Shown: positions 1-10,173, numbered from the stretch's first letter. The stretch is DNA of 64,000 nucleotides from Candidatus Altiarchaeota archaeon (GCA_043800705.1 JAZDMS010000003.1:21540-85539), one strand, 5' to 3'. Program-made: numbers and translations. Notes: generated from the letters alone by a model not told the origin.

Positions 1-729
1 CTCGTCGATGAAATTCGAGACGAGTATGCTCAGCTCCTGCAGCCCCGACACTGCTTCGGTTTCCTTGTCCGTCTGGACGCTCGTCAGCCACACGACCTTC
101 GAGTCCGCGAGGAAGTTTTTCCTCCTGACGATGCCGGGATTGGAACGGGTCACCAAGAGGCCCCGCACACCGTTCCGTATCTCCTTCACGAACAATTTCA
201 TGCATCTGTCGTTTCTGCCCTCGGATACGATGTATGTCATACCGGGTTCGAGCTTCGCCTCTTCCTCCTCCTTCTCATCCGTCGCCTGCGGCTCCAGCGC
301 CTTCGCATCCACCTGCGGCCCAGGTTCCGCCTCCTCCTGTTCCCCCGGCTTTTTCTCCGTCAGCATCTGCTTCTTCTGGAAGGTCCTGAACTTCTCTAGG
401 ACTTCGCCGGTGGGTTTGATGGTCGGATTGGGGTTATTCAGGCTTTCGACGCTTATGAGGCCGTTTCCGACAAGCGGGGGAATCCATTCCAGAATGACGC
501 CTTTCCTGATCCCGAGTATGTCGGCGGCGTCGGCGGCCTTGATGCCGTTTGTGTAGACCGCGAGCTTTATGAGGCTCCTTGGGGTCTTCTTGCCCTCACC
601 CATCTCGTCGACTATCTTCTTCAGATGTTCGATGTTCTCTCTGCGCGCACGCTCCCGCTCGTAGATTATCCCCCATTCGCGCCTTTTCTCGTCCAGCCCC
701 TTCTTGCTGTCGTCTTCGTCGCTTGACAT
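1..729 (-). CDS. HTH-like plus DUF835-domain protein, 3' end outside window
   Basis: Hand translation from ATG 729 (MSSDEDDSKKG) is open to position 1; C-terminal GLLVTRSNP...VVWLTSV...LQELSILVSNFIDE resembles archaeal DUF835; absent from ORF track because no stop is in the window. Confidence 0.75.
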   Translation of the reverse strand, partial: MSSDEDDSKKGLDEKRREWGIIYERERARRENIEHLKKIVDEMGEGKKTPRSLIKLAVYTNGIKAADAADILGIRKGVILEWIPPLVGNGLISVESLNNPNPTIKPTGEVLEKFRTFQKKQMLTEKKPGEQEEAEPGPQVDAKALEPQATDEKEEEEAKLEPGMTYIVSEGRNDRCMKLFVKEIRNGVRGLLVTRSNPGIVRRKNFLADSKVVWLTSVQTDKETEAVSGLQELSILVSNFIDE

Positions 730-761
730 ATGCCTAAATGATTAATATTACGCTGTATATA

Positions 762-2630
762 TCAGCTTCTCTCGGGCTTTGCCGGAGGATGCTCCGTAGG
801 CCTGAACCAGTCCGCCAGCTCGAATATGCAGTGGGAGAGCGGCAAAATCAGCGCGAAAAGCAAGAGGTCCAGCCACTGCGCCCGGTTGGGTGTGTCCGCC
901 GAATATGCGTAGTCGGATTCGGCGCCGCAGGAGAATGGCACCTCCGCGCCGCCCCAGGCTATGACCTGCCTTACGCTGTTCGCGGCCTTCCTGCCAAGGC
1001 CGCAGATGCCTTCGAAGTTGTACTGGTAGTATGCTATCATCAGGTTCTTGAACATGGCGCACTGTTGCCTGTCCTTGAAGAAGAGGGTGGTGTATACCCT
1101 CCCGTCGCCGCGGTACTGGAAGTTGGGCACATATGCCGTGCAATACGATTCCATGGGCTCGGGCGCCGAATTGACGACGTTCATGATGCTGAACCACGAA
1201 GGCGGCCCTGCCACGATAAGGGAGTATTTTCCGGCAACCAGGTCGGACCTCAATGTCATCTCCTGCGGGCTCAGCTTACCATACGCCTGGGAGAAATTCG
1301 CGGTAATGTTCACCAATCCCCTCAGCTGATGTGCCCAATCGGGGCCCTCACCCTGGGAGAAGCCCCGCCCCCCCTCCGTGATCATGTCTATCCGCGACTC
1401 ATCGAGCTGTGGCCACAGCTTCCGCATGTATTCCTTGTGCCCCGGCGGCCCCTCCATCAGTATGTATCCCCTCTGGCTGGGGATGATCTTCAAACCGAAC
1501 TCGACCTCCCTGACTGCGTCCATCGCCGGGTCATGGGACCATGTCCTCAAAGGCTGGGCCAGCGGGGTATGGAATATCGCGGGGTGAACGAGCGCGCCGA
1601 CAACGATGATGGCAAAAGCCATCCTGGACCTCCTTCTGATAGCCAACATGGCGGCTATCAGGAACGGGGCGACCGGCAGCAGGTAATACTCCCCGAGCTT
1701 CGGATCCCCCGAAGCCATCAGAAGAAGCAGCCCATTTGCGATGAGCGTCACCTGCAGAAGCGGGAAAACGAACGTCTCCCTGTCGAAGAATCCCCTGTAT
1801 ACGGACCAGGCGACGCCTGCGAACAGTATGGCGGCGCCGAAGGACGACAGGAGCCACTGGTCAGCCATCGTCTCTAGCCCGGAGATGAGGCCTCCCTGCA
1901 CCTGGTTGATGTGGGCATATATCGTGTATGCGGCGAGGTCGGGGTAGAAGTTGGAGAGGGCGGCGAACGCGGCCACGACGGCGGCTGCAGTGAGGATGAG
2001 GTGCCAGACCCTCCAGCCGGAGCCTTCGAACGAGATCGAGACTCCTCCGTCGCTGGTCCTTCTGATGCCGTCCCTTATAATGGAATATACCAGCACCAAT
2101 GCGACGGGCATGGCTACAGAATACTTCGTTAGGATCGCCAGCGTGAACGGCAGCGTGGACATAAGCACCCTATTTCTGTCATTCGACCCGTATGCGAGCA
2201 CGAAGCCGACCATGAAAAAGGCGGTGGCGAGGCTTGATGCCGCCTCGCCGAAATACCTGAAGACTAGCAGGACGTATAGGAGGGGGTAAATGAGGGGGTC
2301 ATAGAGTTTGTGCCTTTTCAGAATCGAGGCGAGGGATATGAAGATGACAATATGGGCGACCAGGCTTATGGCCGGCAGGGTCAGCTCCGGGAAGTAGGAA
2401 CCGAGGGTGCTGTCGACGAGGTAGCCGGCATAGTATATGGTCGGGCTTTGGGCGCAGAAGGGCTGCCCCCCGTATAGTGTGCCGTCCCTCAGGTAGTCGA
2501 GGCACATCCAGAATCCTCCCCCTCCTGCGTTGAACGACCTGGGGAAGAGGACCAAACCCAGGGCGAGGATGAGTATGGTGTATGTAGCCAGTGCCAGGCG
2601 GGATTTCAGCATGGTCCAATCCTTCGCCAT
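762..2630 (-). CDS. Multi-pass membrane protein, probable GT-C fold glycosyltransferase (paralog 2)
   Basis: 622 aa, many TM helices, LYGGQPFCAQSP and LAILTKYS motifs, soluble C-terminal domain; highly similar to neighbour. Confidence 0.6.
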   Translation of the reverse strand: MAKDWTMLKSRLALATYTILILALGLVLFPRSFNAGGGGFWMCLDYLRDGTLYGGQPFCAQSPTIYYAGYLVDSTLGSYFPELTLPAISLVAHIVIFISLASILKRHKLYDPLIYPLLYVLLVFRYFGEAASSLATAFFMVGFVLAYGSNDRNRVLMSTLPFTLAILTKYSVAMPVALVLVYSIIRDGIRRTSDGGVSISFEGSGWRVWHLILTAAAVVAAFAALSNFYPDLAAYTIYAHINQVQGGLISGLETMADQWLLSSFGAAILFAGVAWSVYRGFFDRETFVFPLLQVTLIANGLLLLMASGDPKLGEYYLLPVAPFLIAAMLAIRRRSRMAFAIIVVGALVHPAIFHTPLAQPLRTWSHDPAMDAVREVEFGLKIIPSQRGYILMEGPPGHKEYMRKLWPQLDESRIDMITEGGRGFSQGEGPDWAHQLRGLVNITANFSQAYGKLSPQEMTLRSDLVAGKYSLIVAGPPSWFSIMNVVNSAPEPMESYCTAYVPNFQYRGDGRVYTTLFFKDRQQCAMFKNLMIAYYQYNFEGICGLGRKAANSVRQVIAWGGAEVPFSCGAESDYAYSADTPNRAQWLDLLLFALILPLSHCIFELADWFRPTEHPPAKPERS

Positions 2631-4480
2631 GATAATATCACGAATAAATAAATAATACGTCCTATCCGTCCACCAATCCTAAAAGTCCGTAGGCCAGGGG
2701 GCAGAAGCAGGAGGAATAGAAACAGATCCTCCATCCGGGCCTGGTTTGCCGGGGCCTCGTATCTGTAGTCGTATTCGGCGTCGCAGGGGGTTTGGATTTC
2801 GGCGTCGTCATATGAGATGGCATTCTTCACGACGGTCTGGGCTTTCTGTCCGAGTTCGCAGATGGCCGGGAAGTTTTCCAGATAGTGCGCGATCATGCTG
2901 TTTCTGAAGTCCTCGCATTGGCTGCGGTCCTTGAAATGCACGACCGTATGGGGCATGCCATCGCCCCCATATTCGAAGTTCGGCACCAGAAGCCTGCAAT
3001 AGGATTTCATGTATTCCTCCTCTGATCTGAATATCTCATTCAGGGTGAACCACGAGGGGGGGCCTGCAATCACAAGGGAATATTTTCCGGCAAGCAGGTC
3101 CGCCCTGATCGCCTCCTCCTGGGGCGTGAGGCGGAGGTGCGTCTGCGACTCGTTCGGGTTTATGACGGTGAGGTTTCTCAGCTCCTTCGCCCAATCGGGT
3201 CCTTCGCCGAGGGAGTATCCCTTCTCCCCGGAAGGGATCATAACGATCCGCGACTGCTCCAGCTGCGGCAGGAGCCCCCTCACGTAACCCATCCTGTCCG
3301 GCAGCGCCTCCGTCAGGACATAGCCGCTTTGCGGGGGGATCAGCCTCAGTCCGTATCCGACCTCCATCCTGGCGGCCTCCGAACCGTCATGGGACCAGAA
3401 CCTGGCGGGGCCGCTCAGGGGCGTGGGAAAAATGGAGGGGTGGACCAGGACCCCAAGGACTAGCAGGGCAAATAATGCCGGCGACCTTTTTCGGACCGCC
3501 AACATCGTCGCCAGGAGGAACGGGGCGGCGGGGAGGATGTAGTATTCCCCGAGCTTCGGGTTCCCCGAGGCCATCAGAAGCAGCACGCCATTCGCCAGGA
3601 GGGTGACTTGCATGAGCGGGAAAATGGACGTCTCCCTGTCAAACCAACCCCTGATTACGGACCAGCCAACCACTATCAGGAGTATCGCCGCCCCGAAGGA
3701 TGACAGGAGCCTCTCTCCGGCCATCACCTTGAATCCAGACAGAAGCCCTCCCCTCACCTGATTGGTATGGGCGTAGATGGTATATGCGGCGATGTTCGGA
3801 AAAATTCTTGCAAGGGCCAAGAAGGTCCCGAGGACGGAAAGCGCAAACAGGGTCACGGACAAGATTCTGTGAATTGCAGGGACAACGGACCCCCTCCAGT
3901 CTTTGGCCCTGAACGTCAGGCCATGCCTGGCGAGGGAGTACGCCATGACGATGGCAATGGGTAGAACGACCGAGTATTTGGTGAAGACGGCCAGCGTGAA
4001 GGGGATGATGGAAGCGTAGTTCCGCGCCTTGTCGTCGGACTCGTAGAAGAGCCAGAATCCGACCATGAAAAACGCGGTCGCGAGGCTGGATGACACCTCG
4101 CCGAAATACCTGAATACGAGCAGGATATAGAGCAGGGGATACTGCAGGGGATAATGGAGTCCGTGGCGCCTCAGGGCCTGAAGGAGGGTGGTATATATGA
4201 CGATGTGCGCAAGCAGGCTGATGACGGGAAGTGTCGCGGCCCCCGAGAGCGGGCCAAAGGCGCTGTCGACGGCGTACCCGAGATAGTAGATGACCGGCCC
4301 TTGGGCGCAGTATGGCTGGCCGCCGTAGAGCGTGCCTTCCCTTATGTAGTCGAGGCACATCCAGAATCCTCCCCCGCCGACGTTGAAGGATTCTGGGTAG
4401 AGCATCCATGCAAGGGACAGTATGAGCACGACGTATGCGGCAGATGCCAGGCGGGATCTGATCGTACAATCCTCGGCCAT
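2606..4480 (-). CDS. Multi-pass membrane protein, probable GT-C fold glycosyltransferase (paralog 1)
   Basis: 624 aa, colinear with 762-2630 (GGGGFWMCLDY, GxPKLGEYYxLP, GKYSLxxAGPPSWF). Confidence 0.6.
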   Translation of the reverse strand: MAEDCTIRSRLASAAYVVLILSLAWMLYPESFNVGGGGFWMCLDYIREGTLYGGQPYCAQGPVIYYLGYAVDSAFGPLSGAATLPVISLLAHIVIYTTLLQALRRHGLHYPLQYPLLYILLVFRYFGEVSSSLATAFFMVGFWLFYESDDKARNYASIIPFTLAVFTKYSVVLPIAIVMAYSLARHGLTFRAKDWRGSVVPAIHRILSVTLFALSVLGTFLALARIFPNIAAYTIYAHTNQVRGGLLSGFKVMAGERLLSSFGAAILLIVVGWSVIRGWFDRETSIFPLMQVTLLANGVLLLMASGNPKLGEYYILPAAPFLLATMLAVRKRSPALFALLVLGVLVHPSIFPTPLSGPARFWSHDGSEAARMEVGYGLRLIPPQSGYVLTEALPDRMGYVRGLLPQLEQSRIVMIPSGEKGYSLGEGPDWAKELRNLTVINPNESQTHLRLTPQEEAIRADLLAGKYSLVIAGPPSWFTLNEIFRSEEEYMKSYCRLLVPNFEYGGDGMPHTVVHFKDRSQCEDFRNSMIAHYLENFPAICELGQKAQTVVKNAISYDDAEIQTPCDAEYDYRYEAPANQARMEDLFLFLLLLPPGLRTFRIGGRIGRIIYLFVILSWRRIGPC

Positions 4481-4501
4481 GATATTATTCAGGACGAACC
4501 A

Positions 4502-6889
4502 TTAAAGAGCATGTCTTTCGTATCCTCCCCTGACGACCTTCCTTATCTCCTTGGCTTTCTTCTCCCCGATGCCTTCGACCTCCTCTAACTCCTTCTCGTT
4601 GGCGGTGATGACGTCTTCGACGGACCCGAACCGCCTAAGGAGCCTGTCGGCCAATACTGCGGACACGTTGGGGAGGGATTCGACGACGAACCTCTGCCGC
4701 TCGTGCATCAGCCTCGGCTTCCTCTCGCCCCTTAGGGCCACCTCCCTGCAGTTTTCCTCCTGCTCGCGCCTGGCGATGGCGATGAGCATCTGAGCCGTGT
4801 CCTGCTCGTCTTCCGTCGGGATTATGGGGATGTTGAAGTTGACTGCGATGGCGGCTATGAGGCCCCTGACCGCGTTGGGGTGTATGTTTCGCTGGGTGTA
4901 AAGGCCGTCCAATCCCTCGATTATCAGTATCGGTATCTCGAAGTTGCGCCTCATCTCCGTGAGTTGGGCGAGGAGCCTCTTGTCGATGATGCTCTGCAGG
5001 AAGTCTTTCATGGTCTTCCTCTCGACACACACCCTCTCGGACAAGAGATAGTCGCCGACCGGCAGCTGTATGAGGTCCAGTTCGCATTTATCCCGAAGCG
5101 CGGACATTATCTCGCGGTTTCTCTCCCTTACGTCCACGATGACTTTAAGCCGCCTCGCCATTTCCGAGTCTCCGGTCTCCGGTCTTCCGTCTTCGGTCTC
5201 CGGTCCCCGGTCTTCCGTCTTCGGTCTTCCGTCTTCGGAGTCTCCAGTCTCTTCGGTGTCTCCGGTCTTCGGTCCGCTGTCTTGCGAGTCTCCGGTCTTC
5301 AGTCTTCCGTCTTCATCAAGACTGAGGACTGAGGACTGAAAACCGGGGGCTGTGGACTGAAGACTGTCATATTCTCCAATCGTCTTTTGTTTCTTCAGCC
5401 CTCCCCTGAGGCCCCGTACGATGTCGCCCATCTTCCGCTCCTTGTGGTACGACGACCAGTAGTATGCCTCGTCCCGGGTGCCTTTGGCCATAAGGACGTA
5501 GACTTCGCCGGTCGCGCTCCTGCCGGTCCTGCCCCTGCGCTGTATGGTCCTTATCTCGGAAGGGACCGGCTCGTAGAATACGACGGCGTCGACCTTGGGT
5601 ATGTCGAGGCCTTCCTCGGCGACGGAGGTCGCGACGAGGGCAGTATACTTTCCCTCCCTAAAATTCTCCAGGGCCCGGACCTGCTCCTTCTGGCTCATCC
5701 CGGACTTTTCCCCCCTGCTCGCCTGCCCTATGAACTCGTGGCAGAGGATGTCCGCTGCGTTCAATCTCTCGATTATCATGTCTACGCTGTCGCGGTACTG
5801 GGTGAATACGAGAACCTTCTTTCCCTTGCATCCTCCGACGATCCTGACGAGCTCGTCCAGTTTCGGGTGGTCGATTCCGGCCTTCCTGAGCCTTGCGGTC
5901 TCCGACATCGCCTTCATGATCTCGTAGCTGTGCATGAGCTTCCTCACCGCCTTGCTGCCCTGGCTCCTAAGGCGGCTGAAGTACTCGTCAAGCGCCCTGA
6001 TACCCTGTGTCTCCAGGAGCTCTATGCCGTGGTTGACCTTCATCGCGGCAGCCGCGCAGGATGCGGCCTGGAAGGCTTCGATGCCTTTGGATATGTCGAC
6101 CCTGACTTGGGCCTGCGCCTGAAGGAGCAGCCTCTTGCTGACTTTGGACAAGTCCGAGGACCCTATGTATCCGAAGCCTTTGAGCCTCTCAAGCTCTCCC
6201 TTTAGCGTCTTCTGCAGGAGCTTCTGTATCTCCCTGAAGTCCTGGGGCAGGTCGACCTTCGCCCATTTGATGTTGACCTCCTGGACATAGGGCTTCACGT
6301 CGGCGTCGAGGTCGGTCTTCGCCTCCACGCACCTGATGCCGAGGTTCTTGCAGATTTCCCCGACCTTGTCCTCCTCGCTGGAGGGGCTTGCGGTTAGTCC
6401 GAGCGTCATCGGGTTCTTCGCTTGTTTCAGGTATTCCCTGGCGATGGAGACGTAGCTGTAGTCGCCGACCGCCCTGTGTGCTTCGTCGAATATGGCGAGT
6501 GAGACGTCCTTGAGCGTCGTTCCGCGGACTATGTCGTTTTCGATGGTTTGGGGCGTCGCGAAGACGACCCTGCTTCCCATCCACATCTCGTGCCTCTTCT
6601 TCGGGGCGTCCGCGCCGGTGAGGACGCACATGTCCTCGACGTTCAAGAGCTCCCGGAACGTCTTCAGGTGCTGCAGCGCAAGCGGCTTGGTGGGGGCAAG
6701 AAGGAGCACCTTCGAGCCGGGGTAGGCATGGAGCCTGTGGGCGGCGACCATCGCCGCGATTACGGTCTTCCCAAGGCCTGTGGGCAGGACCACCAACGTG
6801 TTTTCATCCACAGCGCGGGATATGACGCTCTCCTGGTAGCGGCGAAGCTCGAGCCTATCCCCGCGGACGAGCGGATGTTCGACGAACAT
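4502..6889 (-). CDS. hef: Hef: SF2 helicase fused to ERCC4/XPF nuclease and HhH, with repeat-derived linker insertion
   Basis: LPTGLGKT, DEAHRA, QRRGRTGR helicase motifs; GDY..SERVCVERKTMKD ERCC4 motif; C-terminal HhH. Confidence 0.95.
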   Translation of the reverse strand: MFVEHPLVRGDRLELRRYQESVISRAVDENTLVVLPTGLGKTVIAAMVAAHRLHAYPGSKVLLLAPTKPLALQHLKTFRELLNVEDMCVLTGADAPKKRHEMWMGSRVVFATPQTIENDIVRGTTLKDVSLAIFDEAHRAVGDYSYVSIAREYLKQAKNPMTLGLTASPSSEEDKVGEICKNLGIRCVEAKTDLDADVKPYVQEVNIKWAKVDLPQDFREIQKLLQKTLKGELERLKGFGYIGSSDLSKVSKRLLLQAQAQVRVDISKGIEAFQAASCAAAAMKVNHGIELLETQGIRALDEYFSRLRSQGSKAVRKLMHSYEIMKAMSETARLRKAGIDHPKLDELVRIVGGCKGKKVLVFTQYRDSVDMIIERLNAADILCHEFIGQASRGEKSGMSQKEQVRALENFREGKYTALVATSVAEEGLDIPKVDAVVFYEPVPSEIRTIQRRGRTGRSATGEVYVLMAKGTRDEAYYWSSYHKERKMGDIVRGLRGGLKKQKTIGEYDSLQSTAPGFQSSVLSLDEDGRLKTGDSQDSGPKTGDTEETGDSEDGRPKTEDRGPETEDGRPETGDSEMARRLKVIVDVRERNREIMSALRDKCELDLIQLPVGDYLLSERVCVERKTMKDFLQSIIDKRLLAQLTEMRRNFEIPILIIEGLDGLYTQRNIHPNAVRGLIAAIAVNFNIPIIPTEDEQDTAQMLIAIARREQEENCREVALRGERKPRLMHERQRFVVESLPNVSAVLADRLLRRFGSVEDVITANEKELEEVEGIGEKKAKEIRKVVRGGYERHAL
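5167..5366. repeat. Head-to-head heptamer array, copy A, in-frame in hef
   Basis: Minus strand: 7 CRGTYYT-like units, GAT, then GRAGACN-like units with a few register slips; encodes SLQSTAPGFQSSVLSLDEDGRLKTGDS... Confidence 0.9.
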
Positions 6890-6890
6890 G

Positions 6891-8222
6891 TTATCCTCTC
6901 ACCCTCCAATGTCCGCCCTTGTCGGGGCCGACCCTCTTCAAGAGTTTTTTTTCTTTGAGTTTTTTTATGTTCTTGTATACTGCGACTTCGCTGATATCCA
7001 ATTTTTTAGAGAGTTCCTCCGTCGTTATGCGGCCGTTTTGAGCGATTAATCTGATTATCTTAAGTTCATTTTCTCCTAACTTTTCTCCTAACTTTTCTCC
7101 TAACTTTCCTCCGGCCCTGTCTGCTTTAGCCATGCTTTTTCGCTTGAAAACTGTGATGAACTGCGTTCCTATCTCTCTAAAATCTGCCGTAGGTTCCTTT
7201 GAGAGGATAAGGCTTATTCCTCTGCCCCATTTTTCTATGAGGTGAATCCTATGAAGCAACTCTGCAATGAGCTCGTTTCTCCTCTCTGATACCCTATCCC
7301 TCCTTATCGATTTGATTGTAAGTCCCCCATATAACAATCCGGGGCTTCTGATTTCAAGGCGATCTCTGAATACTGCTATGTTCACAGAGTCGTATTTCCA
7401 GTAGTCTCTGTGACAGAATGCGTTGATTATCGCTTCCCTGACGGCCTCCTTATCAATCTCTGGAACATCTATGCGGGCAAGGCCTTCTATCCTCATCCCA
7501 ACGTTAATTTTATCCATTATGTATTTCTGTGCCTGTTCGATTAGGGTGAGCAGGTCGCCTTCGTAGTCTTTCATATCCAACGGGAGTGATGAGTCATTGG
7601 TTGCGAAGACTGCGCACCGTAACCTTGCATTTGGGAAGAATTTCTGCGGCTTCTTCGCAAACATCATCACCGCGGAATTGAGTAACTTTCCATCTCTTAT
7701 GATGTCTAACTTTGTAAGGGAATTTCTGGTCGAATCATATCTGAGACCTGCTTGTTTGAGGAAGCTTCTCAGCTTCTTAGGGCTTATATCCTCTACTTTA
7801 GCCTTCTCGCACACTGAAGTGTCCCATGCCAGTTTGTACCTGTTCTTCTTCAATATCATGTTTTCGAGTTCTTTGGCGCTCAGCTGTCTGTCTTCATCCC
7901 CAACACGCATATATGACCGCCCGTGGGCATAGTAGGGGATATTGACACCTTTGAATTCGACATGGATGCAGTCTCTTCCACCCAGTTCAGTCTTGCTGAT
8001 TTTGGGGTAAATCTTAGGTTCGATATTTTCAGAGATAGCCCGTGAGACGTCTCTCATACTCCGCTCGCCGACTGCCTGCCCAATAGCGGTTCCGTCATTT
8101 CTAACGCCGAAGAATAACTCACCCCTATGGTGCTTGTTCAGCATTGCCACAACCGAAATCACAGCCTCTTTCAGCTCTGACGTCGACTTCTTCAATTCAA
8201 GCGTCTCGGACTCCATTAGCAT
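6891..8222 (-). CDS. Schlafen/AlbA_2 domain plus RecG-C-terminal-like ATP-binding domain plus wHTH protein
   Basis: ESETLELKKS...AMLNKHHRGELFFGV, AVREAIINAFCHRDY, IEKWGRGI, RVGPDKGGHW; lower GC than neighbours. Confidence 0.88.
   Translation of the reverse strand: MLMESETLELKKSTSELKEAVISVVAMLNKHHRGELFFGVRNDGTAIGQAVGERSMRDVSRAISENIEPKIYPKISKTELGGRDCIHVEFKGVNIPYYAHGRSYMRVGDEDRQLSAKELENMILKKNRYKLAWDTSVCEKAKVEDISPKKLRSFLKQAGLRYDSTRNSLTKLDIIRDGKLLNSAVMMFAKKPQKFFPNARLRCAVFATNDSSLPLDMKDYEGDLLTLIEQAQKYIMDKINVGMRIEGLARIDVPEIDKEAVREAIINAFCHRDYWKYDSVNIAVFRDRLEIRSPGLLYGGLTIKSIRRDRVSERRNELIAELLHRIHLIEKWGRGISLILSKEPTADFREIGTQFITVFKRKSMAKADRAGGKLGEKLGEKLGENELKIIRLIAQNGRITTEELSKKLDISEVAVYKNIKKLKEKKLLKRVGPDKGGHWRVRG
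7069..7104. repeat. 3 x 12-bp tandem repeat (TTTTCTCCTAAC) encoding (LGEK)n
   Basis: Read directly; lies in the linker before the HTH. Confidence 0.9.
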
Positions 8223-8278
8223 GATACAATATCACCTCCACACGCAATATAATCGGAAGAGAGCCCGGGAAAAGTAAA

Positions 8279-8461
8279 CTATGCAGGTTTATGTTTTGCC
8301 ATCTCGTATCTGTCCCTTATCGTCCTTCTCGACTCTTCCAGATTTTCGCCCACCGCAAGGTTAGACCGTGCACCGTCCAGCACCTTCGAAGCGGCCCCAT
8401 TGAATTGGTCCATCGTCAGGCTCGTCTCCACGAGCTTCATGAGCCTGTCATGGGCTCGCAC
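8279..8461 (-). CDS. Small ORF, possibly the frameshifted C-terminus of 8437-9258
   Basis: Overlaps the upstream ORF by 25 bp in another frame; GTG start. Confidence 0.3.
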   Translation of the reverse strand: MRAHDRLMKLVETSLTMDQFNGAASKVLDGARSNLAVGENLEESRRTIRDRYEMAKHKPA

Positions 8462-9258
8462 AGGAGGTAATCTTCATTTTTCCTCATGTGGTCGTAGACA
8501 CGGTAACAGTTGGTGAGGACTTCGCTGAACCTGTCATTACACCTTTCGCGCTCCTGTCCTCTGATGTCCCTGAAGCAATTGACCACAAAGCTGTTCTTTG
8601 CGATCCTCTCAGCAAGCCTCTGCCAATCCCCGCGTTTCGCACCTTCAGGCTCGAAGCAGCATAAATGGGCCAGCACTTCCCCCAACGCCCTGTCGGATCC
8701 CAGACGCGCGTTGATGAAAAGATCCCTCCTGTGCTTTCTCTCATGCCTGATTGCCTCATAATCCAGCAGGTCGTTGACTATGATCACTCCCGCATATGCG
8801 AGCCTGCCCTGGTTCGGCGCTATGACCAATCCCGCACCCTCCAAACCATTGAGTTTTCCGGCGACATAGGTGAAATCAGGGCTTTTATACGCCCTTGTCC
8901 GGGTTCCTATCCTCATCCTGTCAGATTCGTCAAGCGGCTCAAAATCTCCGATAATCCTGCTCTCCCTGAAGTATACGGCTCCGTATTCTTCGCTGAACCT
9001 CGCATGCTCGAAGTCTGACGGATGAAAAAGGCCCCGATTGCCGGGTTCTATTCCGGCGTCCTCATTCAATCCCTCCGCAAGGAATGTCATTGCCTTCTGA
9101 GCCTGTGAGGCATCCTTCGAATTGAGGCCAGCTAATACGGAGTCGACTTCACGAATCCTCCCCTCCCTTTGCCTAACAGCCTTCAGGGTCGGCACATCGG
9201 CGATGTTCGCCTTCAGGGACTCCAGCTGCCTCAGGGAACCGTCCTTGACGACCTCCAT
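8437..9258 (-). CDS. Hypothetical protein with zincin-like HExxH motif
   Basis: 273 aa; AIRHERKHRRD followed by ALGEVLAH. Confidence 0.5.
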   Translation of the reverse strand: MEVVKDGSLRQLESLKANIADVPTLKAVRQREGRIREVDSVLAGLNSKDASQAQKAMTFLAEGLNEDAGIEPGNRGLFHPSDFEHARFSEEYGAVYFRESRIIGDFEPLDESDRMRIGTRTRAYKSPDFTYVAGKLNGLEGAGLVIAPNQGRLAYAGVIIVNDLLDYEAIRHERKHRRDLFINARLGSDRALGEVLAHLCCFEPEGAKRGDWQRLAERIAKNSFVVNCFRDIRGQERERCNDRFSEVLTNCYRVYDHMRKNEDYLLCEPMTGS

Positions 9259-9366
9259 ATGTAGAAACCTGGAATCTCCGGGTAAAAACCGAAGACGCCT
9301 CTGTTTTCGGCGTTTACCGAAAGGAAACCTGGACGTTTTTATTCGGAACCGCGACTTATCTGTACC

Positions 9367-10158
9367 ATGACAGAAGAAACCAAGTCTTGCGGATGCTCAA
9401 CGAAGGTGTACCACGTATTTTTCGCGGTCTTGATGATCGCAGCGGTGGGAATACTGTGCATGAACGCTAACAGGGAAGCAGTCCCGAAAATAGTGCAGAT
9501 CGACTCGATGGGGCTGCAGAAGGACACAATCACCGTATCCGGCAATGCCCAGATCACGGTCGCCCCAGACGAGGCCATAGCCTACATAAGCGTCGTCACC
9601 GACAACGCCACTGCGAAAGACAGCCAGGAAAACAACCGGGTCGTCTCTGACGTAGTCATGTCCTCGCTGAAGGGCATCGGCATCAGCCCCGCAGACATAG
9701 AGACAGACTCGTACTCCCTCACCAAACTGGAGGAATACGACCAGGAATCCGGAAAATACCTAGAGCGCGGATTCAGGCTCACCAACACGATCAAAGTGAC
9801 CACACGCGACATCAAGAATGTCGGGGGCATAGTCGATGCCGCAGTCGGCGCCGGAGCCAACGGCGTCGACAGCGTGACGTTCCAGCTGACTAAGGAATCG
9901 GAGAAAACCGTCCGCGACCAGGCGATGGTGAAGGCCACACAGGCGGCCATGTCCAAGGCCCAGAGCCTCGCGAAGACCGCGGGAGTGGGAGTCGGCAAGG
10001 CGGTCAGCATCCAGGAGCAGAACTTCTACTACGCGCCGTACGAGTTCAACGTCAGGAACACCATGGTCGCAGGGGACGCGAAGCTCGCCCCGACCGTGAT
10101 ATCCCCCCAGAAGGTGGAAGTCACATCAAGCGTGCAGCTGATATACGCCATCAAATAA
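9367..10158 (+). CDS. SIMPL (DUF541) domain protein
   Basis: TITVSGNAQITVAPD, IVDAAVGAGANGVDSVTF; N-terminal TM. Confidence 0.92.
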   Translation: MTEETKSCGCSTKVYHVFFAVLMIAAVGILCMNANREAVPKIVQIDSMGLQKDTITVSGNAQITVAPDEAIAYISVVTDNATAKDSQENNRVVSDVVMSSLKGIGISPADIETDSYSLTKLEEYDQESGKYLERGFRLTNTIKVTTRDIKNVGGIVDAAVGAGANGVDSVTFQLTKESEKTVRDQAMVKATQAAMSKAQSLAKTAGVGVGKAVSIQEQNFYYAPYEFNVRNTMVAGDAKLAPTVISPQKVEVTSSVQLIYAIK

Positions 10159-10173
10159 CCGGCTCTGACAGTT

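Noticed and set aside
5167-5366. Intein in Hef or FNR
   Set aside because: No intein blocks or terminal His-Asn; inserts are short low-complexity repeats
7069-7104. 12-bp repeat as a novel feature
   Set aside because: Short tetrapeptide repeats in this linker are common in AlbA_2/RecG-C/HTH proteins
9281-9318. Fourth heptamer element (GGTAAA..CCGAAGAC / GTTTTCGG..TTTACC hairpin)
   Set aside because: Only about two units per arm and opposite polarity; could be chance or a promoter-region hairpin
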